Source: the human T2T-CHM13v2.0 reference genome, Homo sapiens. Taken from it: a stretch of DNA of 64,000 nucleotides. The stretch is from contig CP068257.2 in the NCBI GenBank assembly GCA_009914755.4, forward strand, positions 14,848,001 to 14,912,000, written 5' to 3'. Below the pieces are notes generated by a model. That model had not been told where the DNA came from and ran no database searches. It worked only from the letters and a program-made list of their open reading frames with translations. Below, one piece after another: positions 1-14,000 of this stretch; within the stretch, counting starts at the first letter, position 1; every line of letters begins with the position of its first letter. The translations under genes were made by a program, and so were the position numbers.

Positions 1-944
1 ATTCCGATGACTGTCCTTTAAGGTGTAAGAACTTGTTTCTGAGTGATGTGCGCTGTTTAGTAGTCATGTTTTATTAGTTTCTGTCAGTGTAGGAAAGTGC
101 CACAGACTTTTCTTGAGTTTCTTGACCCTGACACTTTTGAAGATTACATGCCAGCTGTTCTGCAGAATGAATTTAATTTGGGTTTAATTCAGGGATCAGG
201 TTTTATGCCAATTTGGATCCTAGTGTCTGGGACAGTGTCTGGCATAGAGATTGTGTTTCATAACTAATTGAGGAATGGATTATGATTGAAAATATCTATT
301 GTGCACCTCTGAATCACCAGGCTAATGCTAAGTATTTCAAAACTTTCTAAATAAAAAAAATGTCAAAAATAGAAAACACACAAGTCTAAAATCAGAAAAG
401 AAACCCTCAAAAACACAGACTCTGGTGTCTTCTCCTAGCAGCACTGGGATCTGTTCTTTAATGTATATAGTGAGCAGGCAGGTGCTAGCCACTGTGTAAG
501 TGAATACTAGTTTCTTTAGAGCAGGGCTTCTGAAAGTGTGGTTTGTGGTCTGCTTCCAGGTCACAAGTTGTTTCAGATTCATGATGACATAAGAAGAGAA
601 ATTGGAAATGAGAATTTAGAAATCTTTGAGCATTTTGACAAAATAATTTTGTTTTTGCTATCTAATAATTCCAAAACCATCTCACATTTTATCTGTATTT
701 TTATTACACTAAGCTGATTATTAATTTACATTGTATTTTTCCATTGTATTGATCCATAATTGAGTGGAAATTTTAAAATGTAATTATTTACCACAGTTGG
801 TGGCCATTCTTCATTGCTTTAGGGGGATTAAAGTAGAGTGGTGTAAATGTGATCTAGACCATGGTGGGATTTGACATAGACCCCAAAGAATGGATAAAAT
901 CCACCTAGAACATAAAGTATAGAGCTCGACAATTTATGCACAAT

Positions 945-1150
945 AAAATGTTAGAATATATGTGTATGCATATATGTGTGCATGTGTGTACTTGTATGCC
1001 TGTTTGTATGTGTGAACTTTCTTTTATGCACTGTTATCTGTGCACATGTACTCTTGTGTATGTGCACATATATCATACATGTGGGTGCACATGGGTGCGC
1101 ATATATATGTTTGCATGGGCATGTGTGTGTATTTGGGAATGTGCATGATA
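945..1150. repeat. Imperfect TG/CA-rich low-complexity tract (tgtgyatg-like units)
   Basis: Runs of tgtgtatgcatatatgtgtgcatgtgtgtacttgtatgcc read directly from the sequence. The three overlapping short ORFs on both strands here are artefacts of the repeat. Confidence 0.6.
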
Positions 1151-1245
1151 TGTTCATAGAACTGGGTAATCATGATCTTGACTAGTTTTTTAGCTGTCCA
1201 GTTTTGGACATTAAATTTGAGGTGCCTGTAGAAGAAGAGAGAGGG

Positions 1246-1545
1246 GGCCGGGCACAGTGGTTCACACCTGTAAAGCCAGCACTTTGGGAGGCCAAGGTGG
1301 GTGGATCACGAGGTCAGGAGTTTGTGACCAGCCTGACCAACATGGTGAAACCCCATCTCTACTAAAAATACAAAAATTAGCCTGGCGTGGTGGCACATGC
1401 CTGTAGTCCTGGCTACTCCGGAGGCTGAGGCGGGACAATCGCTTGAACCCTGGAGGCGAAGGTTGCAGTGAACCAAGATCACGCCATTGCACTTGCACTC
1501 CAGCCTGGGCAACAGAGCAAGACTCCATCAAAAAAAAAAAAAAAA
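1246..1545 (+). mobile_element. Alu SINE, full length, with A16 tail
   Basis: Starts ggccgggcacagtggttcacacctgtaa... and ends ...cagcctgggcaacagagcaagactccatc plus poly(A). A-rich linker and right arm present. The ORF 1262..1669(-) is an Alu translation. Confidence 0.95.
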
Positions 1546-4500
1546 GGAGTGAGAGAAGGTCAAACTGGAGAAATGTATGTATGTACTTTTGTATGTATGC
1601 ATACGTAATATACAGCTTATGCATATATCTCAAGAGCTCTGTGTGCCAGTTCTGCCTGTGCAGAATCATATGGAGGCTTTACTTTCTCATTTGTTGCTGT
1701 CACATTAATTTATTGCGTGAACATATCATTTGAAACTCCAGTAATTTGTCCCATATTTCAAAATGTAGTATGGACAGAGAAGAATGACATAGCTTAAAAC
1801 TGGTTCCAGACGTGTAAAAACATCTTGTGTCTCTACTACCAAAGCAAGGAGGAAAATTGTGCCGATTAAATGCCTGAACCTGTTTTGGTTTCAATTACCT
1901 GGATTATTGAGGCAGAAACAATCTTTGTGCCTGATATATGCTTATAATTGCCTTAGTCTTCAGCTTTGACTTGCTTTGGGAACATGCGCATGTTCTATTA
2001 ATACCATTGTTAGAAAGGAGAATTTATTTCCTTTTTTGATGGTTCCATAAAAGCTTTAAAATATATTTTACAATTCAGAGAACTAACATTTTATAAAGCC
2101 TCCATAATGGAGAATAGTATACGGAGCAAAGGGAAAAGAGTTAACTAGTATTCACTTCACAGTCATCATGTGATAGTTGAGTTACCTCTTACTCCTTTTT
2201 CACAACAAACGTTAGTGATTCAATCTTATCTGTAGTGACCTTTGAGCACCTTCTGATTTAAGACATCCACGGAAACCAAACACACTCTTGAATTCTCCAT
2301 ATATTAGGGTCAGTATTGTGAAGATCAAGCCTCCATTCAATTCAAGCACTTTCGAGTGAAGCTCAAAATGAATTAGAATCCATAGGAAGAGAAGACTCAC
2401 CTCTCTATCCCCCAACCACAACCTCAGCTTTTCTATTTAGCACCCAAAACCTAAGGACTTCAACTAAATGGAGATTTTTCAGCACAGACATTATTATACA
2501 CTTCATCCATAATACCTACTTAGTATTTTTATTTCAACTCAGTTAATGAAAAAGCCAGAATAGTAAGGTAGTGCATGAGTAAATAATGACCATCTCAAAA
2601 TACCTTTTTGGACCTTTTTTCTATGAAAGAAGTAGACAAAATTTATGTAATGACACTCCTTTTCCCTGCACAGTCAGTAAAATAGATGTCAAGTTTTAGT
2701 GGTCAGCATCACTTAAATATCTAAAATGTATAGAATCCAACATATATAAACCTAAATTGAGCACCTTAAAAATCAAAAATATTTAACATTCCTATTTCAT
2801 AAAACATGTAGGTAGTCTCCACCATTTATTTTGATCTACTAAAGTGTCTATTAATTTATGAGTTAAATCAAAAAGCATTGAGCATAGACTACATATTAGG
2901 CACTTTAGCAGGCTCTGAAGACTCAGTAGGTATAAGTTATATTATCTGTCCTAGAGGGAAGTGCATTATTCCTAACCTGGAGTGAAAGCTTCAGGTGTAG
3001 CCTCTCAGAGAAGGGAATGTAAAGGAAAAGATTTCAAAAGTCAGGCATTTGGTCCAAATGGATAAGGGAGCTCCGAGCATCATAACAAATAATAATGGCA
3101 CTTGAGAAATAGCAATACGATGTGTTTGAAATGTAGAGGGCAGGAGGAGGAGGGACAAGATAAGTAGGAACATGCCAGATCACAAGAGCTTTACATGCAA
3201 TAACAACTTTGAACTAAAATTTAAAGACAGCAAGGAACAAATGAATACATTTAAGAATGAGCATGAATTGATCAAATTTACATTTTAGACTGATATCTGG
3301 AAGTGTGTGCAATTGTGATAGCTGTGTAAGTTGATCAAGCAAGAAAGATAAAGGAAGAAGAGCATGGTCAAAGAAGAGAAGAGTGAGAAGATAGAGTTGA
3401 GTAGGTTAGCCAAGAAATGTATTTTAAATATCAAATTGACAGTACTTTACCATTCATGTGTGGTAGGTTAGCACAGCTGTAAATCTTAAAACTCCCAAAG
3501 GTTTGCAAGAAAAACTGGGTAGATGAAGGTGCCAATAAATTACTACAAAGAACAGATTTGGGGGATAGATGATTAGTTCAATTATGAACATATTGAGAGG
3601 TTGGTGTGTCTAGGGTATATTCAATTAGTTATTTAAGTAGATTGTTCTGAATAGACAAATCTGGTTTCTTTCTTAGAGAAACTTAGACTGTAATCATTAT
3701 AATGATATAGATGGAAGTTAATTCATTGATGTAAGTGGATTAATTCAGCAGTATGTATATGGCAGGAAATGAACAGAGCTTGAAACCTGGTAAGCCAGTA
3801 AATTACATAAAATTACAAATTCAGGACCAATGTGACAAAAGTCTCAACCATAATCTTAATGTCTTCGAATGTTAATGTGGGATGATTTCTTTAATAGATG
3901 CCTTGTATTTTTAAAGACAAAAATGCAACATCTAGGAAAAATATTTTTTAAATAAATGGACGAGTACCCAAATCTTGATCTTTGTCGTATTTCTGCAAAT
4001 CTTATTTTTCTTAAATCCACTTTTATTTTGACTTGCAAATTTTCAAATCAGTACTGTTCAAATATGAGTTTAAACATGAAAACATGATTAAAATTTTCTC
4101 AGCACTCAGGATATCACTCCTTCCTACCAGATTTTTTTGTTTTTTTATAATTTTATAGCACTCAACTTGCTTGAAGAACAGCCTTCTCAAAGTGTGCAGT
4201 TTTCAGTGATCTAACCCGGATACAGCAATGTTTTCCTGCATTAGCTCATCGGAAAGAATGCCAATGATATAAAAATAAATTGGAGCAAAAATAAGTTAAA
4301 TATTTGACCTTAATAACATATTGCTCAACTCTTATTATGTTTATGTCACCTTCATATGAATTATCATAATTGACAAATAAGAATGATTTTATTTTCTATG
4401 CTGTAAAACAAAGTTACAGTAAGGTTAAATAACCACAGAAAGAAATGCACTCTGAGAAGGTATTTTTTTCTTTGAGAATTCTACAGGTTTTAGGCAGTTA

Positions 4501-5189
4501 TTACATCATAGAAAATATACTTTAGGCCAATATTTTATTTAAGCTATTGTTAGACTTTTGATTAGATCTGTAAGCATTAGTGAGGTCTCTTTGGGGTCAA
4601 TATTAGTAAAGGAAAATGGAGTTGAGTGTAACAAAGATGAATCAATTTCATTGTCTAGAAGTCTTTTAGGATTCATTATCACTTGGATTTTATTATAGTT
4701 CATCATCATTGCCATATTATGCAAGCAAATCAATGAACTTTTAACAAAACCGGAGATAAAAACCTAATTACTTAATTTGATAATAGTTATTTTCTAATTT
4801 ATACTGCCAAAAAATTTATATCATATTTTATTACAGAATTGTCATTTTAAAATACATATGTTGAGTCATGTCCAAGTCATAAAGAAACATATAAAGCCTC
4901 TGTCTTTTATAAGTCATTTTTATAGTCACATTCAAAAACTGAATTTTTAAAAATTTTACAATACAAACAAAATAATATATTTTGAGATAATTTGAAGATC
5001 AGTCATAACTCATGAGCACATGGGATTGGTAGATCTTTTATTAACCTAAATCCTTACCTCATTCCCCTTCAAGTCCTATCCCCCTTCTCCCTTTAAGGAA
5101 GTATTTTCTTGACCAAACAGAACAATAGCTCTGACGTGTGTATGGCCAACAAATATCAAGAGCATTTGAACGCTTTCAAAAGACAATTA

Positions 5190-5743
5190 AATATGTTTGT
5201 TGGCCATTTGTATATCTTTTGTGAATTGCCTATTCATGTCCTTGGCCCACTTTTTGATGGGATTGTTTGGTATTTTTCTTGCTAATTTGTTTGAGTTCCA
5301 TGTAGATTCTGGATATTAGTCCTTTGTCGGATGTGTAGATTGTGAAGATTTTCTCCCACTCTGTAAGTCTGTAGGTTATCTGTTTACTCTGCTGACTGTT
5401 CCTTTTGCTGTGCAGAAGCTCTTTAGTTTAATTAAGTCCCACCTATTTATCTTTGTTTTTGTTACATTTGTATTTGGGTTCTTGGTCATGAGGTGTTTGC
5501 CTAAGCCAATGTCTAGAAGGGTTTTCTGATGTTATCTTCTAGAATTTTTATAGTTTCAGGTCTTAGATTTAAGTCTTTGATCCATCTTGAGTTGATTTTT
5601 GTTTGAGGTGAGAGATGATGATCCAGTTTCATTCTCCTACATGTGACTAGCCAATTATCCCAGAACCATTTGTTGAATAGGGTGTCCCTTCCCCACTTTA
5701 TGTTTTTGCTTGCTTTCTCAAAGATCAGTTGGCTATAAGTATA
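5190..5743 (-). mobile_element. LINE-1 ORF2 segment in antisense orientation (inverted 5' part of a twin-primed L1 insertion)
   Basis: Reads as the reverse complement of L1 ORF2 (gcccactttttgatgggattgtttgg..., ttgtgcagaagctctttagtttaattaagtccc). ORF 5513..5746(-) translates to the L1 ORF2 motif [36 protein letters not shown]. Confidence 0.85.
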
Positions 5744-6526
5744 CAAATGCCAATAAACATATGAAAAAAATGCTCAACGTCACTAATGAGCAGGGAAATG
5801 CAAATCAAAACCACAATGCAATACCACCTTACTCTTCCAAGATTGCCAGAATCAAGAAGTAATGGATGTTGGCATGGATGTGGTGAAAAGGAAACACTGC
5901 TACACTGCTAGTGGGAATGTAAACTAGTACAACCACTATGGAAAACAGTGTGGAGATTCCTTAAAGAGCTAAAAGTAGAACTACCATTTGATCCGGTAAT
6001 CCCACTACTGGGTATCTACCCAGAGGAAAAGAAGTCATTATACGAAAAAGATACTTGCACAAACATGTTTCTAGCAGCACAACTTGCAATTCCAAAAATA
6101 TGAAACCAGACTAAATTCCCATTAATCAATGAATAGATAAAGAAATTGTGATATATGTATGGAATACTACTCAGCCATAAAATGGAACAAATCAATGGCA
6201 TTCATAGCAACCTGGATGGAACTGGAGACTATTATTCTAAGTGAAGTAACTCAGAAATGAAAACCAAACATCTTATGTTCTCACTCTGAAGTAGGAGCTA
6301 AGCTATGAGAATGCACAGGCATGAGAACGATACAATGGACTTTGGGGACTAAGTAGAAAAGGGTGGGAGGGGGACAAGGGATAAAAGACTACAAATTGAG
6401 TTCAGTGTCTATTGCCCAGGTGATGGGTGCACCAAAATCTCAGAAATCGCCACTTACTCATGTAATCAAGAAGTTACTCATGTAACCAAATACAAACTGT
6501 TCCCCAAAAACCTATGGGAAAAAAAA
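5744..6526 (+). mobile_element. LINE-1 3' end in sense orientation (ORF2 C-terminus + 3'UTR + short poly(A)); older primate L1 (L1PB-like 3'UTR)
   Basis: Sense L1 ORF2 C-terminal sequence (aacatatgaaaaaaatgctcaac...gaaatgcaaatcaaaaccacaatg...). 3'UTR motif gtgatgggtgcaccaaaatctcagaaatcgccacttactcatgtaa, ending in a short A run at 6519-6526. Confidence 0.85.
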
Positions 6527-6886
6527 TTTTTAAAAGTAACACAATTAAAGAAAAAACTTTTCTAAAGGAGGAAATTCTCTTCTGCAAGAAATTTGACTTT
6601 ATTTTTATTAAATCTCAACATAATTTTTATTTCAGGTTCCCGTTTGTCCTCAAGGTAGTAAAAACCAGCCACAGTCAATTCAGGCTTTCTCCTTATTTTG
6701 CCTGATGTCTAGTCTAAGTTCTGGTAGGGGACCTCAGGTCCATTCAGTCATCTGTCTACTCAGTTATTCACCAAGGATTCCATGATTCCATCATCTGGTT
6801 CTTAGTCACTAATTCATGATTGTCATTTCTGAGAGGCTTCTTTCTCCCATTCCTATGGCCGTCCCAGGCCTACAACTCTCTTCATG

Positions 6887-6943
6887 TCAGTGCAAGACTC
6901 CGTCTCAAAAAACCAATCAACCAACCAACCAAACAAACAAAAA
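6887..6943 (+). mobile_element. Extreme 5'-truncated Alu remnant (3' terminal ~20 nt) with A-rich/(CAAA)n tail
   Basis: agtgcaagactccgtctcaaaaaa matches the Alu 3' terminus (cagagcgagactccgtctcaaaaaa). It is followed by ccaatcaaccaaccaaccaaacaaacaaaaac. Confidence 0.4.
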
Positions 6944-8122
6944 CTCTCTGATGCTGTTTTGGGCTTTACATACACATGCAACATGCCCATATTTAAGTTA
7001 AAGGAGGAGATTAAACAAAAATTATCTCCCTCCTCTTCTTCTAAACTATCAGATGTTGTTTTCAGGAGGACAGGGCAGGGGTCAAGAGAAGGTGGAACAG
7101 TATAGTTGTTTGAATGAATACTTAACAATTATGTCATTTAAGACGTATTTTTCACGAGTTTCTTGATGCAATATATAATTAAGATAAGTGTTTGCTTGTT
7201 TTAATATTGCTTTGATCTACTTTTAGCAAGAGACTTTTATCATATTTTTATGGAATATGTCTTTAATTTAGTATCGAAACATAAATCACTCCTTAAATTC
7301 AATTACTAACATATAATTCCAGCTAAGAATTTCAGGAGCAAAAAAAAAGTTTGTATTTTTAATGTCAAGAACACATTAAAATATAAATGCTTTTGATATC
7401 TTAGATTTAAAATAAGGAATTTGTGTATTCATGAAAAAGATAAAAATTTCCGAGAAGACTTTGACAATAAGTTACATGAAGAAAAGTAAATGTTCTCTTT
7501 AAAAATTAGATCTTTCCTTACATCCAAATGAATCAGCTATCTAATGTTTTTGGTTTTTTGTTTTTCTATTTGTGTACTCTACTTATATTATTATGAGAAA
7601 TTTGTGAGATTTCCAAATTTACCTCTCTCCAATATTGGAAATTCTCATAATGTTTAATGTCTGCTAATTAGATGAGTATTTAAAGTGTGTAATTTGTCAT
7701 TTTAAACTAGGTTTCTGTCATTTATGCTAATTAATGGTAAATTTTAAACATGTTTTACACCATTTTCTGTGATGGTTTTCTAGCCTCCCGTCTTTCCACT
7801 TACTGCCTCTAATCCACTACTTCCACAAAGCTCTCCTTACAGCACACTCTGACTGCATTGTGCAGAGAATATCAATGATTCCCAGTTATTCACAAAACAA
7901 ATTCGAAATGCATGGTCCAGATGACCTGTTCTTTACAGCCCAGTCCCAATGTCCTTTCTTGTCACTTAATTTCTCAACTCTTCCTCCCATGCCTTATAAC
8001 TGTGTCAAGCTGGTATAATTTTCAGTCCCTTTCCCTATAACTTTATTTTTCCCATTTTACTAATTGAAATCCTACCTATGGTTTAATATTTGGCAAATAT
8101 GCCCCAACATTTATGTAAAATT

Positions 8123-8320
8123 TTGTCTTAGTCTGTTCTGTGCTACTATAACAGAATACCATAGGCTGGGTAATTTATAATGAACAGAAATTAATTTTTT
8201 CACAATTCTGGAAATTCTAGAAAGTCCGAGATTAGTGTGCCAGCATCTGGTGATGATCTTTTTGCTCATCACGGTGGAAGGTGGAAAGAAGAGAGAGAGA
8301 GAAGGAGAGAGACAGGCATT
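8123..8320 (-). mobile_element. MaLR-family (ERVL-MaLR, MST/THE1-like) LTR fragment, 3' end of LTR, truncated
   Basis: ttgtcttagtctgttctgtgctactataacagaataccataggctgggtaatttataa...ttcacaattctggaa...agtccgagattagtgtgccagcatctggtgatg is the reverse complement of the conserved MaLR LTR 3' terminus (...TAAATTACCCAGTCTCGGGTATG...GAACGGACTAATACA), recalled from memory. Confidence 0.5.
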
Positions 8321-10456
8321 TTAAAAGGCCATTGAAAGCATGTTCAACTGTTGTTAAGATTTAATTTACAAACCATTAGATTTCTTTAATATTTTGTGTT
8401 TTAAAATAACCTCAGGTCTACATGTCCAGAGCTTTTCAGAAATGTTTATAAAATTTGGTTGCTGCGTCACCAAAAAATAGCTTAAAGGTATATAACTTTA
8501 AGCATTTGAACAAATTAAGATTATTTAAAATAATGTATGTATGGTTGTTCTACATATATCTACATTTAAGTTTATTTTAAAAATTATGCAAACTAACTTT
8601 GCATAACCGTAACCAAATAGAAGTCATTAAACCCTATTTATTTTTGTAGTATTCTTGGAATACAAGTGTTTTATTCTTGATGCTATGCTTTCTGTTCAGC
8701 CAAACATATGTTTGTTCCCAAAGAAAAAAATTGAGAACATGATAATTAAGATATGCACTCAATTTATAAGTAAATAACTGATGAAAAAATAGACCAATTG
8801 CTTTGATAATCAGTTCTGTTAGCTTATGTTTAGGGCTGTCACTTCAAAACTGGAAAATGAATCAAAAGGTTTTTCTTTTCCATCTGTTAATATCATCTAT
8901 GACATTTGGATACATATCTATATTTACATTTGCATTTTTACATATACTTATGTCTTACTTAATATAGTATTTACATTTGTTAATCAGCAAATTGTGGTAG
9001 TCCTTCTTTTAATAAACAGTGGTAGAGTTTGAATTTTTGAAGTGTTTATTAATTTATAATAGTGGACTAAAAGAAAGTATAGTTATTTATTTAGATTATC
9101 AGACCATATGATGAGTTATGAGGATCCATATTTATTAATGGTTTTGCCTTGTCAAATGTAAGTCTTGATTACTCTTAGCTGGAAAGAAGTGATGTTTTTA
9201 TTATTTAGCTTAATTCATCTAAAATAAAGAAAATGGCTTTCTGGCAAGACATGACTTCGCCTTTTTGATTACAGCATTTATTTCCCGAGTCTTCAAACAC
9301 CTCAATCACGCAAGGTTCAATTCCAATTGAGTGTTCAGACCACACAAATAGTACAATGTTTAATACTTGGTTTAACAAAATAAGGGCATTAGCACTCACA
9401 ATTTTGATTCTTTACATATTGCCTAGGCTCGTTAAGGCAAAAGATCAAAGACTCTTTTTTAAAAAAGGGAAAAAAGAAAACCTCCATGCTAGAAAATGGG
9501 GAAAAGCTGAGTCTGAAATTAAATCCTAAGCCTCATAGGTTGGCTTTTCAACAGTTCAAACCTCAATTTTTCTTCGCTGTAACTCCCATTTGAAACAAAA
9601 TGAAATTTTCCAAACCTAAGTACTGTGTTTTGCAAATCTTTTTGGTTTTCTTCATAACAGCATTTCTCTTTTTAAACAGTCTATCGCCTGCTTTTATTAG
9701 TTTTTTATCTCTACTCTCTTAATTTTACTCCTTTTCTATTTAGTCTCTTTTTTCCATCACCCTTTTTCTTCAGCTTCTCCTATGTCTTCCTGCTTGAATC
9801 TAATGATTAGACCTCCTTGCGTTCTAGTACTTTTGTCTGCTTGGAATATGCATACACAAACAAAACTGTTCAACTTTCTCAGTTCCGTTTCTACTATTTT
9901 CGTAATTTATGAAACCACAGTAGATGTAATTTGCGTAAACATTCTCAACATACAAATTTCGTTTCCTGTAATTCTCGGTATCAATTTGGAGTATTGTTTA
10001 TCTATATCCTCAAATTTGACAAATGTTGATTATTAGAATCTTTTCCTACTTCTCAAAGAAGCAACAGTTTCCATCTTTAAATTACAGATTTCTGGCGCTT
10101 TATCTCATATCACTATGAATTACTTTTGCTTTATTTAAAAAATTTAAAAAAGATATTATGTAGAAAATACATTCTGGACTCAGGGAATATAGAGAGGTCT
10201 GAGAGCTTAAGAAGAATAGAAACTCATCTGGCTAGATGGCACCAAACTGCATCACTTCAGGCCACACAATGTTCATTAACACTTAAAGGACTTTTTTTTT
10301 TTGTATATAAATTATATAGCCAAAAACAAAGTAAAACATAACCCACCAAAAATATTTTGTTTTACCTCTTGGTTGGCAATTTTGGCATCAAGCACACATA
10401 CTTTAATCATAGTAATACTTTTCTTACAGAGACATGGAGGTTGCTCGCTAAATAGA

Positions 10457-10494
10457 GCAAAGCAAAACAAAACAAAACAAAACAAAACAAAAAC
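10457..10494. repeat. (CAAAA)n simple repeat
   Basis: agcaaaacaaaacaaaacaaaacaaaacaaaaacac read directly. Confidence 0.8.
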
Positions 10495-10715
10495 ACACCT
10501 TTCAGAATGAACAGGGCATTCATACAGAAACTGTGGAGGTGAAGTTGGCACTTACTCATCTCAAAGGACATTGTCTTTTGGCCAAGGCTGCCATCCTGTC
10601 TGCTTTGACACTTGGAAATGGCAACTGAGTTCGTAACACAAAACTGAATGTTGCCCTTCTTAATGTGAGGAGAGAATGAAATAGAACACAAAAAAAATGG
10701 CATTCAAGAATATAA

Positions 10716-11027
10716 TCGCCATGGTGGCTCATGCCTGTAATCCTAGTACTTTGGGAGGCTGAGATGGGTGGATCACCTGAGGTCAGGAGTTCGAGACCAG
10801 CCTGGCCAACATGAGGAAACCCTGTCTCTACTAAAAATACAAAAATTAGCCGGGCGTGGTGGCATGTGCCTATAATCCCAGCTACTCAGGAGACTCAGGC
10901 AGGAGAATCACTTGAACCCAGGAGGGGCGGAGCTTGCAGTGAGCCGAGATCACACCACTTCACTCCAGCCTGGGAGAAAGAGTGAAACTCTGTCAAAAAA
11001 AAAAAAAAGAAAGAAAGAAAGAAAAAA
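10716..11027 (+). mobile_element. Alu SINE, slightly 5'-truncated, tail degraded into (AAAG)n
   Basis: gccatggtggctcatgcctgtaatcctagtactttgggaggctgag...cactccagcctgggagaaagagtgaaactctgtc followed by A14 agaaagaaagaaagaaaaaagg. Confidence 0.95.
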
Positions 11028-14000
11028 GGATATAATTATAAGAAATATTGCTGGGAGCAAAACAGACTCATCAGACTCATTGCTACACTAAGTCAATGAT
11101 CTGAGTTTCAGAATAAAAAGAGAATTTTAAATTTAGCACCCAGAGTAATTTGAAAAAGTATGAAGAAGACATATTTTAAATAGGTGATTGTAGATTGATG
11201 GGATTTTCTTGATTTATTTCTGTACTTGAGCTTTTTCTCTGCAGTAAAGTTTATAAAAGATAAACAGTACCCCTGTATTCTATGAAGAAACAGATAATAC
11301 CCCCACTTGAGGTTGTTTTTGAAAATTATTAATTGAAATTTAAAGTGAGAAAAATATTAGGTTTCTGGGAATAATCCTACAACATTGAAATGAATACATA
11401 AAGAAATAAATTGGTTACCACAGCTCACCTCTTTATTTTGCACTTTTGTATAACATACATCAAAAACCATATTCCATTAGTTTCCCTAGACCATCCTATG
11501 ACTTCTACCTTTTCCTTACATTTCATATTTTCATATCAGATCTCATATTTCTCAACCCCCACTTCTATGTGTTTTGACCAATTTTTAAGCTGCATTTCTT
11601 TACAGAGTACTAGGCATCTCACTATTTTATTAATATTAGGCATATTAATAAAATGTCTATCATCAATATTATCAATTATTAATATTGTTAATATTAACTA
11701 TGTTAATACCAATATTCATTATGTGCAACTCTTAAACATGCTATATATGCATAAGTATTTGGATAGACAGATTCGATTGTAAAGGAAGAATGGACAGGAT
11801 AAAGCCATGTGTACAGAGTGCAATAGTGAGGTCCAGAAAAGCTGGATATTTGTCTAGGAGAGTTTCTAATGCATGACATATTCGGTTGGTTGGGATAATT
11901 TGGCAGTAATCCCTGTGCTTTTAAAGTAGTAACTACAAAATAGAAGTGTTGTACCTTTTGAATTTAGTATGTCACTTCTTTAAAAGTCTGTAAAAATTTT
12001 ACAAGAATTTCAATATAAGTTCTTTTCTGGAAATGTAAGTAACATTTAAAGAAATGTACAGACAAAATAATACACTAAGAATTTTACACACACAAAAAAA
12101 AGTTCTAAATGTTTAACTCTATCCAGTACCTATTATTGCAGTTTAACAAAAATTGATCACCCTTGAGGTTTGTGGTACTGTTACTCATCACAGAGGTTGA
12201 AAAACCTTAATTGCTAGCTTATTTGGTTCAAAAGAATAAAAAGAATCAGAAAGAAAATAAATATTTTTCAGAAATCCAAAAATAATTCTTTAGTGCAGAA
12301 TTATTAAATGTTAATTTATTGCCAAGTTCCTTGTATTTATTGAAATAGTTGTGCTACTTTGGGGAAAATAGCAAACATTGTTAAGTGATGTGTAGTGTTT
12401 GGTTGCCAGTTTCTACATTTTTAAACAAGGGACAAATGTATCTCTTGGGGTTAGCAGAAATTAAGCTGTTTACATATCTTCTCATTGCTCAGAAATTTTG
12501 AGCCACACATATGTATGGAAATTCAAATGTTTTTATATATAAGAGTTTTAACTCCTATAGTACCTTGTAACAAATATTAACTTCCATAGCAAAAAATATT
12601 TTGTTATATTTTGCAAACCACTTTTATTACTGGAAAAGCAAGATGAATTCAGAAATAGGTAGAAATATCATGTTCTGTTTTTTATTGCTTGTGACAATGC
12701 ACTATAAGTGATGAATAATTTTTGAGTGCTTGCTGTATTTCCACACCATTTTTGTCATCATAAAAGTGACTGATAATTAACATAGTTCTCTTCAAATGTG
12801 TTTTGATATAATTATGGAAATGTCTCTAAAAGACATAAAAGGATCTTGCATATTAAAAAGTCATTCACCAGGAAGTGATATTAGAGTTACAGGAATTGAC
12901 AGGAGGTGGAGCCGAATGATAGTGGCAATAATGAGCGAGTGCCTCATGGAAGCATCAGGGTTACAGTATTGAAGATTATGTAGAACTTTATTAGAGAGAC
13001 GAGGGTAAAAGTGGAGGGCACTTTGTATGAAGGCAAGCTCATGAATGAAAGAATGCAGTTTTCAATGATACAGCAGTGAGAAGGTAACCCTGAAGTATTT
13101 CTTGGTATGTTCCAGTAAAAATAAATAAATAAATAAATCAGATGAGTATTATGGAAACAGCTTATGTATGGCTTTGACATCTAGATAGAATAGTTTTATG
13201 TTTGATGTTGTCTGAAATAGGGCACCATAATCGATTTTTAAGCAGAGTTACAATATAATGAAAGCAGCATTTAATATGGATTATTCCAGAAGTGACAGGC
13301 AATATATAGGTGACAGTTGGAGGGTGGAGAGAGAATCTGGAGGCAGCTCAAGCTTTGAAAGTCCACAGGAAACATTTCCAGGAATGCAGGTGTGAAGTGA
13401 ATGATAAGCTTTTAGCTTTTGGTGGTGGCAATTAGAACACTGAAAAGGAGAGGATACCTGAGGCATTTAATTTATAATAACACTGTATATCTATATTTTA
13501 ATCTTATAACTACCCTTATATGTTTGGTGTTACAGTTGTCAGTTTTGTTCCATGGGCAAAATAGGTTACCATTAATGCATTCCTTATCTTTCTGTTAAAG
13601 GCATTATTTAAAAATCCACATTGTCCTGCTTATGCAAAGATAGTACTACATAGTACTATCCACTATTATAATCCACTGAGAGCATGTACTTTGAATTATT
13701 TTCCAACAGTTGCAGAAAAATTTGCTGAAACAGACACATGCTCTCTCAGTCCATCCTCATTATAAACAATAGCTGGTACTTTTGAGATTCTTAGTAAGAA
13801 TTGGTGAACCATTTGATGGCTTGGGACTGAAAGCTCTGTATCCATCATATAGAAGAAGGCAGCTGATACATAATGGTTGCCATCTTCCAATAGTGTTATT
13901 AATGCCATCTACTAAGCAACTGAACCAATCTACTATGTATAGTATGGAAGGTAAGCTAGCTGCCAGAAGATGGCAGAAAGGTAAACTAACAGAATTTGTC

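Noticed and set aside
1262-1669. 135-aa ORF on the minus strand. Similar ORFs occur at 35050..35475, 49479..49886, 57302..57577, 60689..60997, 28319..28553, 34631..34936 and 36877..37140
   Set aside because: All lie inside Alu elements. The peptides (…[18 protein letters not shown]…, …[12 protein letters not shown]…) are the well-known spurious translations of the Alu consensus, not genes.
12860-13470. Segments that read like diverged ancient interspersed repeats (gtggagggcactttgtatgaaggcaagctcatgaatg..., gagggtggagagagaatctggaggcagctcaag...). A similar impression arises at 2900-3800 and 7780-8060
   Set aside because: I could not assign them to a family from memory (candidates are L2 or MER-type DNA elements). 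Rather than guess, they are left unannotated. RepeatMasker would settle it.
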